Of a DNA stretch of 64,000 nucleotides, positions 29,249 through 38,786 are shown piece by piece. The position numbers were made by a program, and so were the translations under genes. Origin of the DNA: an uncultured Thermoleophilia bacterium (GTDB taxonomy: Bacteria > Actinomycetota > Thermoleophilia > UBA2241); the NCBI GenBank assembly GCA_963717285.1, contig CAVQVW010000001.1, positions 3,217 to 67,216 of the forward strand. The letters are read 5' to 3'. Each line of letters opens with the position of its first letter. The stretch's first letter is position 1. The notes under the pieces are model-generated. The model made no database searches and had not been told where the DNA came from. It saw only the letters and a list, made by a program, of their open reading frames with translations.

Positions 29249-30661
29249 TCAGGCCCTCTTCAGCTCGGCGATGATGCCCTCCACCGCCGCCGCATCGCTC
29301 CTGGTGTCGGCGGCCAGGAACGCGATGTCGTCGGCGGTCGGCTCGTACCCCTTGGGCGCGGCCTTGAGCGCGTTGCGCACGTAGCTCCTGCGCAGGTGCG
29401 CGAGGTCCACGTCCTTCGCCCGGATCTGCTCCGGCCCCTCGGGGATCACGATCACCTTGCCGGGCACGTTGTCGGCGGGATCGCCGGCGCGCACCTCGAC
29501 GCCCATCTCGCGGGCGAAGTTGAGCTGCGACCAGTGGTGCTTGCCGGCGCCGGTGTACTCGGTCTCCTGCACGACCACGGTGGCGACGCGCGGCAGTTCT
29601 CGGGCCAGGCTCATCGCCCCCGCGATCGCGGTGTTGCCGGCGGGCCCCCGCTCGAGGCCCTCGATCTTGCTCATCGCCTCGGTCGCCCAGAAGGCCTCGC
29701 CCTGGCTCACCGTGAGGTAGCGGTCCATGTAGCGCAGCGAGCGCGCCGCGTTGCGCGGCACGTCCGCGCGATCGGGCCACGTCGCGAAGGGCACGCCGAA
29801 CCCGGTGTGGCCAGTGGTGAAGCTCTTGCGGTTGAAATCCGTGTCGCTGGCCATGTGTAAGCCGCTCAGATCGACCGAGACGCTGACGATCCGGGTCTCG
29901 GTCGCCCCGGCCCGCTTGAGGCCGCGCGCCGTCCCCGTCGTGTTGCCGCCGCCGGCGTGGGTGATCACGCAGTGCGTCGGCGGCGCCCCGGTGAGCGCCG
30001 TCATCTCCTCGGCGATCTCGACGCCGAGGGTCTCGATGCCGGTGACGCCGAACGGCGAGTACAGCGAGGCGGCGAAGTAGCCCGTCTCGTCGAGCAGCTC
30101 GAGCATGAGGGCGAAGAGCTCGGGGCCGACGCTCAGCTGCACGACTTCGGCGCCGTAGGCCTCGCAGACGCGGCTCTTCTCGAGGATCTCGGGCTGGCCG
30201 ATGTGGCGGCTGTCGAAGGACTCCTGACAGACGATGCACTTGAGCCCGAAGCGCGCCGCCTGGCTGCTGACGGCGGCGCCGTAGTTACCCGAGGTCGCGG
30301 CGACGACACCGTCGTACCCCTTCTCCTTGGCAAGGTGGATGCTGATGCTGGCCCGCCGGTCCTTGAAGGCGCCGGCGAGGTTCGCAGCCTCGTCTTTGAC
30401 GAAGATGCGCGCACCCCTTCCAGGCTCGCTCATGGATCTGACGAGGTCGGTCAGGTTCCTGAGCTCGAGCAGCGGCGTCTTGCCGACACCCGCGCGCGTC
30501 TGGATGGCGGCGATCTCCGCCAGGCTGTAGCCGTGCGCGGTCATCATCGCCTCGTAGTCGAAGGCGATCGGGCTCTGTTCGAAGGCGGCGTAGTCCATGC
30601 CGAGGGCGCGGCGCATGATCTCCCCACGACGCGCCAGGACGGCGTCGACGCGACCGCTCAT
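29249..30661 (-). CDS. ortB: 2-amino-4-ketopentanoate thiolase beta subunit (PLP-dependent, fold type II)
   Basis: 'FVKDEAANLAGAFKDRRASISI' carries the Lys-containing PLP motif of the Trp-synthase-beta/Thr-synthase fold. About 470 aa. ATG overlaps the ortA stop (ATGA). Confidence 0.7.
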   Translation of the reverse strand: MSGRVDAVLARRGEIMRRALGMDYAAFEQSPIAFDYEAMMTAHGYSLAEIAAIQTRAGVGKTPLLELRNLTDLVRSMSEPGRGARIFVKDEAANLAGAFKDRRASISIHLAKEKGYDGVVAATSGNYGAAVSSQAARFGLKCIVCQESFDSRHIGQPEILEKSRVCEAYGAEVVQLSVGPELFALMLELLDETGYFAASLYSPFGVTGIETLGVEIAEEMTALTGAPPTHCVITHAGGGNTTGTARGLKRAGATETRIVSVSVDLSGLHMASDTDFNRKSFTTGHTGFGVPFATWPDRADVPRNAARSLRYMDRYLTVSQGEAFWATEAMSKIEGLERGPAGNTAIAGAMSLARELPRVATVVVQETEYTGAGKHHWSQLNFAREMGVEVRAGDPADNVPGKVIVIPEGPEQIRAKDVDLAHLRRSYVRNALKAAPKGYEPTADDIAFLAADTRSDAAAVEGIIAELKRA

Positions 30662-31020
30662 CCCAGCCCCTCCGGTTCGGCGGCGCGGTGGTACTCCGCC
30701 AGCCGCGCCCGCAGATCCCGCCCGACGTGCGCCAGCTCCGGGATCGGCCGCCCGAACGTTTGCGTGTAGCCCGGATTCACGGCGCTCAGCCTGCCGCTCA
30801 CGAGCCGCCCGCTCATCGTCTCGATCGTGACTGCTTCGCCCACGACGGCCGCGGCTTGCGCGAAGCCCTTGACCCACATCAGAAGCGGCTTGTCGGCCGT
30901 GTCTGGAGGCAGGTTCGGCGCTCGCTCGTCCGGCTCCAGAAGGACGCGCCGCACCTCGACCCAGTCACCGGCCACGCAGCGGTCGACCCTCGGTTCCCGC
31001 CCGTGAGCTTCGTCAGCCAT
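30658..31020 (-). CDS. ortA: 2-amino-4-ketopentanoate thiolase alpha subunit
   Basis: Small protein (about 120 aa) immediately upstream of and coupled to ortB. SD AAGGGGGAG. The assignment rests mainly on context. Confidence 0.55.
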   Translation of the reverse strand: MADEAHGREPRVDRCVAGDWVEVRRVLLEPDERAPNLPPDTADKPLLMWVKGFAQAAAVVGEAVTIETMSGRLVSGRLSAVNPGYTQTFGRPIPELAHVGRDLRARLAEYHRAAEPEGLG

Positions 31021-31511
31021 CTCTCCCCCTTCGGATCTCCCGCGAGTCAAGCCCAGAAGCCGGGGCATGTCAACAGGTTCGACTACGGCTGGCGCCCGCC
31101 CTCAGGCTCAGCGCAACCGCAGGTAGACGTATGACCTACTCAGCATTCAGCCGTGCCTCCGATGACTCACATGACGCGGGCCGGCGAGCCGGGCTCGCGC
31201 CCGCGGCAAGCGAGGGAGATGGAGACGCGAACATGGATCCGACGGACGACGCCGGGATCGGGAAGCAGCGGCGCGAGCACCCGCCGGGACGGCGGATTCC
31301 GCTCACTCCGGCCGGCATGCAGACCCACGAACAAGTGAACACAGCTGAGGTGGCCCCCCTTCAGCCGCGGTCAACAGCAATTGAAGGAGGGCACCCGTGA
31401 GACACATCAACGATCCGCCTAGAGACACCGGTCCCCCGCGTTCGTCGCCCTGATGCCCCAGTCAACGCCGCTGCTGGCACTGGGAGCGACATACCAACGA
31501 GGGAGATAGCC

Positions 31512-33136
31512 ATGTTCACGAAGAGACACCGATGGTCGACGGTCGCGGTCGCCCTTCTGGCCTTGGCACTGCTGGTGCCGGGCGCCGCGTGGGCGCTCGG
31601 AGCAGGGTCGCAGGACGGACCCGCCCAGACCCAGCCGGCCAAGGCGGCCCAGGCACCGCAGAAGCGCGTACCGGTGATCGTCCAGAAGGCCGACCGCTCC
31701 GACCGAGCTGAGGCTCTGGTCAGAAGCCTCGGTGGCGCGGTCACCAAGGATCTCAGCATGATCAACGCCTTCGCGGCCGAGATCCCGGCGGGGGCTCTTG
31801 AGCAGGTGGCCGCCAGTCCGAGTGTGCCGCGAGTAGCGCCCGACGGCGAGGTTGAGAGTTCCGCCACCAGGACCATCGCCATCGCGCCCACGACAGCCGA
31901 GACCAAGCCCCTGACGCAGGTCGCGGCGCCCAAGAACTACTTTCGAGACACCCTGCGCATCTCGGAACTCGGCCTCACCGGCAAGGGGATCGGTGTCGCC
32001 GTCATCGACAGCGGGATCGACTACCACCACGACTTCTCCACTGGAGCAAGCACCCGCGTCGTCTACTCCGAATCGTTCAACCCCAAGGCTGCGTACTACG
32101 ACGCGCTGACGCCGGACGTCAAGGCCACCGACATCAAGACCGTCGACAGTGAGTTGCGCGTCACTGCCGACCGACTCCAGCGGCGCCGACGACCTCTACG
32201 GCCACGGCACGCACGTCGCCGGGATCGTCGGCGGCGACGGCTCGCTCTCGAGCGGCCTCTACACGGGAGTCGCCCCTGGCGCCCACCTGCTCAACCTGAA
32301 GATCGCCGACGACCAGGGAATGGCCCGCGAGTCCGACGTGGTCGCGGCCATGCAGTGGGTGTACGACAACAAGGACAGGTACAACATCCGGGTCGTGAAC
32401 CTTTCGATCAACTCCGGCGACGAGATCTCGTATCACGAGAGCGCGCTCGACGCCGCCTGTGAGGTCCTCTGGTTCAACGAGGTGGTCGTGATCGGCTCCG
32501 CCGGCAACAAGGGACCGAAGGACGGACCCAACACCGTCAACTCGGCACCTGCCAACGACCCGTTCATCATCACCGTAGGCGCCTCCGACGAGATGGGCAC
32601 CAGCGATCGCGGCGACGACGTGCACGCCCCGTTCTCGGCGAGCGGCAAGACAGAAGCGGGCTTCGCAAAGCCCGAGATCGCCGCCCCGGGGACGAGCATC
32701 TACAGCACGCTGTCGTCCACGTCCTCGTGGGCCGCCGCGTACCCGGAGCGCACCCAGTTCGGCAAGGCGTACTTCCGCCTCAGCGGAACCTCCATGTCGG
32801 CGACCGATGGTGGCCGGCGTCGTGGCCCTCCTCCTCGAGGACGAGCCCGACCTGACGCCGGACCAGGTCAAGTACCGGCTGCTGGCGACCGCCACCAAGT
32901 ACGACGGGCCAGAGCCCTACCTCGACGCGTACGCCGCCATCAACGGCACCACGAAGCAGTCGGCCAACACCGGCGTCGCGGCCAGCAAGCTCCTCTGGAC
33001 GGGGACGGACCCCGTCATGTGGGACTCCGTCATGTGGCGTTCTGTGATGTGGAACTCCGTCATGTGGCGTTCTGTGATGTGGAACTCCGTCATGTGGCGT
33101 TCTGTGATGTGGAACTCCGTGGACTGGAGCAACTAG
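31512..33136 (+). CDS. Secreted subtilisin-like serine protease (S8) with two apparent 1-nt frameshifts (about 32160 and 32800) and a C-terminal (D/R/N)SVMW pentapeptide-repeat tail
   Basis: Signal peptide 'RWSTVAVALLALALLVPGAAWA'. Catalytic Asp 'VAVIDSGID', His 'HGTHVAG', Ser 'GTSMSA'. The three frame pieces are 31512.., 32149.. and 32807... Confidence 0.7.
33011..33125 (+). repeat. Seven 15-bp tandem repeats (30-bp super-unit x3) encoding (D/R/N)SVMW pentapeptides
   Basis: 'gtcatgtggcgttctgtgatgtggaactcc' occurs three times in tandem at the 3' end of the subtilase gene. Confidence 0.8.
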
Positions 33137-33281
33137 GACTCAAGCAACCGAGGCGCAAGACCGATGCCCAAACTGCAAGCCTTGAGCCCCTGCAGATGCC
33201 TGGCGCGAAGAGGAGGGGCGATCGCCCCTCCTCTTCGCCTCTGGCGGGTCCCGCGGGCGGTGAACCCGGTGGTGGAGGACG

Positions 33282-34578
33282 ATGGGCTCCATGACACGAC
33301 TGGCGCGCGGGTACATCATCTCGGTGATCCTGGCCGGGGCGGCGCTGCTCGCCTGGCAGCTCCCTCTGCTCAGCCGGGAGCACAGCGAGTGGCTACTCGT
33401 CATCGGCCTGCTGGCGACCGTCGGTCAGGTCTTTCAGGCCGAGGGCACGACCGTGCGTTCCAGCTACAACGCAGGGCTCGCCGCCTTCGGCTTCACACTC
33501 ATCTCGTTCGGTCTGCCCGCCGCTCTTGCGGTGATGGTGGCCGCCTGCATGGTCGACTGGGCCCGGCACAGGTATCCCTGGTACATCCAGACGTTCAACA
33601 TCGCCCTCCTGGGGCTGTCCCTGGCCGCCGCCGAGCTTGCCGCCCAGCTTGTCGCGCAGGTCCTCGGCACATCCCAGAGCCGTCGAGGTCGGCGCCGCAG
33701 CCGTGGCATCCCTCGTGTTCCTCGCGTGCAACCACCTGGGCGTGGGCGGAGTCATCCATCTCGCCCGGCACGAGAGCCTCCACGAGTCTGGCGTCTTCGA
33801 CCTGCTGCCGATGGTCATCGACGGCGCCGTGTTCTCGCTGGGAGCCCTGACGGGCGCCCTCTGGTCGACGAGCCCGCTGGTGCTGGTCCTCGCGATCGTC
33901 CCCCTGTACCCCATCTACCTCGCCCTGCGCGTACCGTCACTGGAGAGACAGGTCACCCTCGACGCCAAGACCAACCTGTTCAACGCAGCCCATTTCAACA
34001 AGGAGCTCGAGAAAGAGCTGGAACGCTCCCAACGGTTCGACCGGCCCCTGACCGTCGTGCTCGGGGACCTCGACCTGCTGCGCAACATCAACAACACCTT
34101 CGGTCACCTCGCCGGCGATGTCGTACTCGTTGGCGTCGCCACCATCCTCAGGGAGTCGGTCCGCGAGTACGATCTCGTGGCGCGCTTCGGCGGCGAGGAG
34201 TTCGCCATCCTCATGCCGGAGACGACTCCGGAGGATGCGGCCATGCGTATCGATGACATCCGCAGGTACATCGCGGTCTCCGGGTACGATGTCGCCACGA
34301 GCAAGAAACCGATCAGTGCGACCATGAGCTTCGGTGTCGCCGGCCGGATGAACGCAGCGCAGACGGCCGCGCAACTCATGCACCAGGCCGACCTCGCGGT
34401 GTATCGGGCCAAGCTGGACGGCAGGAACAGAGTCCGCTTGGCCGACGACAAGGACGACGCCCTCGCTCCGTTCCTCGCGGCGCCGCCGCAAGCCACTGCC
34501 GACCCGGCCGCCCGCGATGGGAGAGCGACGCCCGCCGCCCCAGTCCCAGCCCCGGAGCGGCCCGAGCTTCCTGCCTAG
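33282..34578 (+). CDS. Membrane-anchored diguanylate cyclase (GGDEF) with an apparent frameshift near 33680
   Basis: C-terminal 'RFDRPLTVVLGDLDLL...RFGGEEFAILMPET' carries the GGEEF active site. The N-terminal multi-TM module lies in ORF 33282... Confidence 0.75.
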
Positions 34579-34674
34579 GAGGGCGGGGAAGCAGCGCCAA
34601 GGGCGCCGCCAAACCGAGGCGGTTCGCAGGCCGCCGAGGCCCGTGCACCCCCGGTCGAGCCGACGTCGCCGCGG

Positions 34675-35685
34675 TCAAGCGGTCGGCGACCAGTACCTCG
34701 GGATCGGCAGATCGATCACCGTCTTCATGCCCGCCGGCGCGTCCTTCATCAGCGGGATGTAGTTGCCGGCGTTCGCGTAGGTCCCCTTGCCGCCGGGGAT
34801 CTCAGGCGTGTTCTGCATGTTCACCTCGGGCTCGCCATGGATCCTGATGTAGTCACCTGTCTCCTGGCCGGCCAGGTGCGGGTGGATCTGCTGCGGGTGG
34901 ATGAGGTGGATCTTGAGCTCGCCCTTGCTGTAGCCCTTGCCCACGTGACGGCAGCCGGCGACGTCGCCGGGCGCCACGTGCACCCACTGGGTCGAACGCT
35001 CGACCTCCGTGACGATCGGCTCGCGCGTCTCCTCGATCAGCTCGATCTCCCAGCCCAGCGCCTTGCCGATCAGCATGATCGACTCGGGAAAGCCGATGTG
35101 TCCGACGATGGTGCCGTCGGCGACGCCCTTCTCGAACTCGGCGACCGTGGTGCCGACGCCTTGGCCCTTCATCACCGTCGGCCCGAACGGTGAGAGGTCG
35201 TTGACGCGCGAGGCCTCGATGCGGTCGACGTGCAGGCAGACTGAACTCCACATCACGACGAGCGCGTCGAGCACGAACCCGGGGTTGATGCCCGTGCCCA
35301 GGATCGTGACCTCGTTCTCCCTGGCGAGCCGGTCGAACTCGTCGGCACGCCCGGGATCGCTGGCCCACGGGTACGCCAGCTTCTCGGCGATGCAGATCAC
35401 GTTGCAGCCGGCCTTCACCGCCGGGACGATCTGCGGCTCGATCTCGTCCAGGTTACTCTGCGTGTTGATGCACACGACGTCTGGCTTCTGCGCGAGCACG
35501 GCCTCGAAGTCGGCCGTCATCGCGATGTCGCAGGGGCGGCCGATCAGCTCGCCGACCGGCTTCCCCTCCTTGGCCAGGTTCGTGACGATCACGCCGCAGA
35601 GCTCGATGTCCCGAGGTCGATCGAGGATGTACCCCAGCAGCCCCTGGCCCATCATGCCCGTGCCCCACTCCGCCACCTTGATCAT
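34675..35685 (-). CDS. ord: 2,4-diaminopentanoate dehydrogenase (DapB-like NAD(P) oxidoreductase)
   Basis: 'MIKVAEWGTGMMGQG' Rossmann N-terminus, about 336 aa, with similarity to the DapB/Ord family. SD AGGGGG. Confidence 0.65.
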   Translation of the reverse strand: MIKVAEWGTGMMGQGLLGYILDRPRDIELCGVIVTNLAKEGKPVGELIGRPCDIAMTADFEAVLAQKPDVVCINTQSNLDEIEPQIVPAVKAGCNVICIAEKLAYPWASDPGRADEFDRLARENEVTILGTGINPGFVLDALVVMWSSVCLHVDRIEASRVNDLSPFGPTVMKGQGVGTTVAEFEKGVADGTIVGHIGFPESIMLIGKALGWEIELIEETREPIVTEVERSTQWVHVAPGDVAGCRHVGKGYSKGELKIHLIHPQQIHPHLAGQETGDYIRIHGEPEVNMQNTPEIPGGKGTYANAGNYIPLMKDAPAGMKTVIDLPIPRYWSPTA

Positions 35686-35748
35686 GATGCGCCCCCTGTC
35701 GGACCGGTCGTCACCACCGGCGGGGACTCCTCATCGAGCCCTGCACGG

Positions 35749-35767
35749 TTGCATAAGGACTATGCAA
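35749..35767. promoter_or_regulatory. Perfect inverted repeat TTGCATA-AGGAC-TATGCAA, 64 nt upstream of the ord ATG
   Basis: Seen directly. Paralogous to the site at 19641-19659. Confidence 0.45.
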
Positions 35768-35821
35768 GTACACCGGACGAAGCGGAGCGTGTCAACAGCC
35801 CGGGTGCGGTCGCGGCGCCGG

Positions 35822-37249
35822 TCAGGCGAGTTCCCCACGCCGGGCGCGATCGCGGCGCTGCAGCAGCGCCTCGATGGGCTTCAGCGTGACGTAGGCGTTG
35901 TAGGCCCGCCTGCGCCGATCGATGGTACCCGCGCGTCCCAGAGCCTCGACGCCGCGGCGGAAACCTGGCGTCTCTCCGAGCCTCCAGAAAGCCTCGGAGG
36001 TGAGGCCGAGCGGCCCGACGTTGCGGTTGATCCAGCGCACGTAGTCGGGTCTGACCACCTCTCGCAGGAGCGAGACGTCGAGCGGCCTAAGCGGGACCCT
36101 GCGCATGGCCTTGTAGTTCAGCGTGTTGCGCCCATCGCCACGGTAGGCACCGGCCTCGAGATCCACGCCCTCGCGGGCGAAGAACTCCCGCTGCCAGCGC
36201 CGGTCGAGGCGCTGCTCCGGCGGGAGCGTGAGCATGCGCATGGCGACGTCGATGTCGAGGAACGGCCCCCTGGCGCCGTAGCCGAGCGACGCTGGTACGG
36301 AGAGGAGGTACGAGAGCAGCGTCATGCGCAGGCGCACCACCGTGACCACCCGCGGCAGCACCTCCGTGTGCAGGCTGGGCGTCGTCTCCAGCAGTTCGAG
36401 CATCCCCCGCTGCTCGCTGCGAAAGACGCTGTGACGCGAGTCGGCGCTCATGCTCGGGTAGCGGAAGATCGTGTAGGCATCGCCCGGCCCGCGCAACGTC
36501 GGGATGCTCCTGACCACCCGGTCGAGGCCGGCGAACCGCTCGCCGCAGGCGCCTGACAGCACGAGGCCGCCCGTCGCGAGCCGCTCGCGGATACGGCGGT
36601 AGAACTCGATCTGGTACATGCCGTGCGCATGCGTCGACACGCCGAAGAGCTCGTCCCACTCGTCGAAGTACTTGTGGAACGAGCCCAGCGGGACGAGGTC
36701 CCAGGGCAGCCCGAGCCGGCGCGCCAACTCGGCCGCCTTGACCGACTCCGTGGAGCGCGCAGGGTCGTCGCTGACACCGAAGGTGACCGTGCGCACGCGG
36801 CGGCAGTCGGCCAGCAAGACGTTGATGAGGCGCGAGTCAAAGCCGCCGCTGGTGGGGACGATGATGCTCTCCCCCGGCTCGACCTCGGCGGCGTCCTCGT
36901 TGATCTTGGCGGCGGCCGCCTCGAGAGCCTCACCCACGGTGGTCCTGCGCTCCAGCCACTCCCAAGCAGGGTCCTCCAGGTACTCCACGCGCAGCCCGTC
37001 GTCCCCCGCGAACAGACGCGACGAGAAGCGCAGCATGTGGACGTCGCGCACGGGTGTGCGCTCGAAGACGCAGTAGCCGAAATCCACGTAGTCGTTGAAG
37101 CCCTCGGGGTCGAACTCCATCTCCGCGAGGTCGATGACGTCGTTGATGTCGTGGCTGGCGCGACCGCTGCGCACGTTGTAGAAGAACGGGCGGCTCGCCA
37201 GCCAGTCGGACTCGTAGACCAGCGTCTCCCTGGGAGCGCCGGCGCTCAC
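35822..37249 (-). CDS. Asparagine synthetase-like PP-loop ATP pyrophosphatase that lacks the N-terminal glutaminase domain (amide ligase-like)
   Basis: 'IIVPTSGGFDSRLINVLLA' is the SGGxDS PP-loop. About 475 aa. No Cys-1 glutaminase domain is present. The TTG/GTG start abuts the stop of the upstream BKACE-GNAT gene. Confidence 0.6.
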   Translation of the reverse strand: MSAGAPRETLVYESDWLASRPFFYNVRSGRASHDINDVIDLAEMEFDPEGFNDYVDFGYCVFERTPVRDVHMLRFSSRLFAGDDGLRVEYLEDPAWEWLERRTTVGEALEAAAAKINEDAAEVEPGESIIVPTSGGFDSRLINVLLADCRRVRTVTFGVSDDPARSTESVKAAELARRLGLPWDLVPLGSFHKYFDEWDELFGVSTHAHGMYQIEFYRRIRERLATGGLVLSGACGERFAGLDRVVRSIPTLRGPGDAYTIFRYPSMSADSRHSVFRSEQRGMLELLETTPSLHTEVLPRVVTVVRLRMTLLSYLLSVPASLGYGARGPFLDIDVAMRMLTLPPEQRLDRRWQREFFAREGVDLEAGAYRGDGRNTLNYKAMRRVPLRPLDVSLLREVVRPDYVRWINRNVGPLGLTSEAFWRLGETPGFRRGVEALGRAGTIDRRRRAYNAYVTLKPIEALLQRRDRARRGELA

Positions 37250-37257
37250 ACGTTTGC

Positions 37258-38620
37258 TCAAGACGCGCCTTGCTTCTCCATCGATTGCTGCAGCATCCAC
37301 GCCTCGAGGTCCATCTCGAGAGTCGTCCACTCGTTCGCGTCCGGATTGCCGAACTCGTGCTCCTTCGGAACACTGCCGACCTGCCGGTAGCCGAAGTGCT
37401 TCTTGTACCAGGCGATGGTGACGGGCCGGTCGGCGTTCGTCACGACCGTCGTCGCCCCGAGAGCGGACATCGCGTGCAGCCGGGCCGTCTGGAGTCGCAT
37501 GCCGAGGCCGTAGCGACGATAGGCCGGATCGACCGCCATGAGTGTGGTCTTCCCCACCGTCTCCGACAGGAGCTTGTAGCCGGACATGCCCACGACCTGC
37601 TCGCCTACCCGTGCGACGAAGCAGCACCGCCAGTCGAGCTCGGGCATCTCCACCGACGGAACATGGTGCATGTTGGCCGTCTCCAACACGGCGAGCATGG
37701 CCGCCATGTCGTCGGCGCGGGCCTTGTCGATGCTCACCTGGTCCGCATCCGCCGTGCAGGCCGGCAGCCCCAGCATGGCGCGCGCCTCGTCCGCGTTGGC
37801 GACCGCACGCCCGAGCTGCTCGGCGATCAGCACCAGCCGCCGGACGAGCTGCTCGTTGCGCGCCAGCCTCGTGCGCTCGAAGTCGTAGTAGACGTTGTCC
37901 TCGATGCCCGTGCGCACGTGGCCGCCCATGGCGATGCTCAGCGTGTTGATCGGCACCTGGAACCGGCCGATTCCGGCCGCCGACCACACGGCTCGTCTCG
38001 GCAGATCGGCGACCGCCGCGCTGAGGGTCAGAGCGGTCGCAGGGGCGGTATGCGGAGCACCGAGCAGGATGTTGAGGTAGTAGGGAGGCGGCACCACGCC
38101 CTTCTGGATGAGCAGCTTCACCGTGTTGATCATGCCGAGTTCGAGCACCTCGAGCTCGGGCCTGATCCCGCGCACCAGCATGCGCTCGGCCAGCGCCATG
38201 ACCATGTCTGGGCTGTTGACCGACGGACCATCCCCGAAATTGAGGGAACCGGTCGTAAGGCTCGCCATGTCCGGCTTGGCATCGCCGTCAAGCTCGAGCA
38301 CGGCAGCCCTCTGATCGAATTCGCCGTACCGCCGTCCGCTGGTCGTCGCGCAGACGATCAGCTGCGGCCGCTCCTTGCGGATGCCGCTGATGATCTCGGC
38401 GAACACCCCAGCGTCGTAGGTTGGTCGTCCGTCGGTGTCGCGGGCGTGGACGTGCACGACCGCAGCACCGACGTCGTGACAGCGCACCGCATCGGCCACG
38501 ATCTCCGCAGGAGTGAGGGGGACATGCGGTGTCATCGACCGGGACGGGAGCACGCCGGTGAGCGCGACGTTGATGATCAGCGGCGGGTAGGGCTCAAGGG
38601 GGTGGGGAAACGTGACGTCG
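37258..38620 (-). CDS. Fusion protein: beta-keto acid cleavage enzyme (BKACE/DUF849, Kce-like) with a C-terminal GNAT acetyltransferase domain; N-terminal start codon unclear
   Basis: 'PPLIINVALTGVLPSRSMTPHVPLTPAEIVADAVRCHDVGAAVVHVHARD...GIGRFQVPINTLSIAMGGHVRTGIEDN' aligns with 3-keto-5-aminohexanoate cleavage enzyme. The C-terminus 'VVGMSGYKLL...LMAVDPAYRRYGLGMRLQ' is a GNAT domain. A strong SD GGGAGGTGA lies about 60 nt upstream, but no canonical in-frame start precedes the conserved N-terminal motif. Confidence 0.6.
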
Positions 38621-38786
38621 TCGCTCCCCGCGTGCTGGCCGCCTACAGCTCACCTCCCGCCGGAGCTGGGTGCGGCACGCGGGCGAGAACTCGTCGAGGC
38701 GTGCCCTGCGCACCGGTCTGCGCGCAGTCCCCAGCCGCGCGTCAGTATATCAACGACGCGCAGGGAGTCGCAGCGCGGGCAGGTCG

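Noticed and set aside
31470-31490. Sigma-54 promoter (TGGCAC-N5-...GC) upstream of the subtilase
   Set aside because: The -12 element (AGCG) does not match TTGC(A/T), and no EBP gene is nearby.
33011-33125. Possible CRISPR-like or satellite array
   Set aside because: The 15/30-bp units are in frame and encode the SVMW pentapeptides inside the subtilase ORF.
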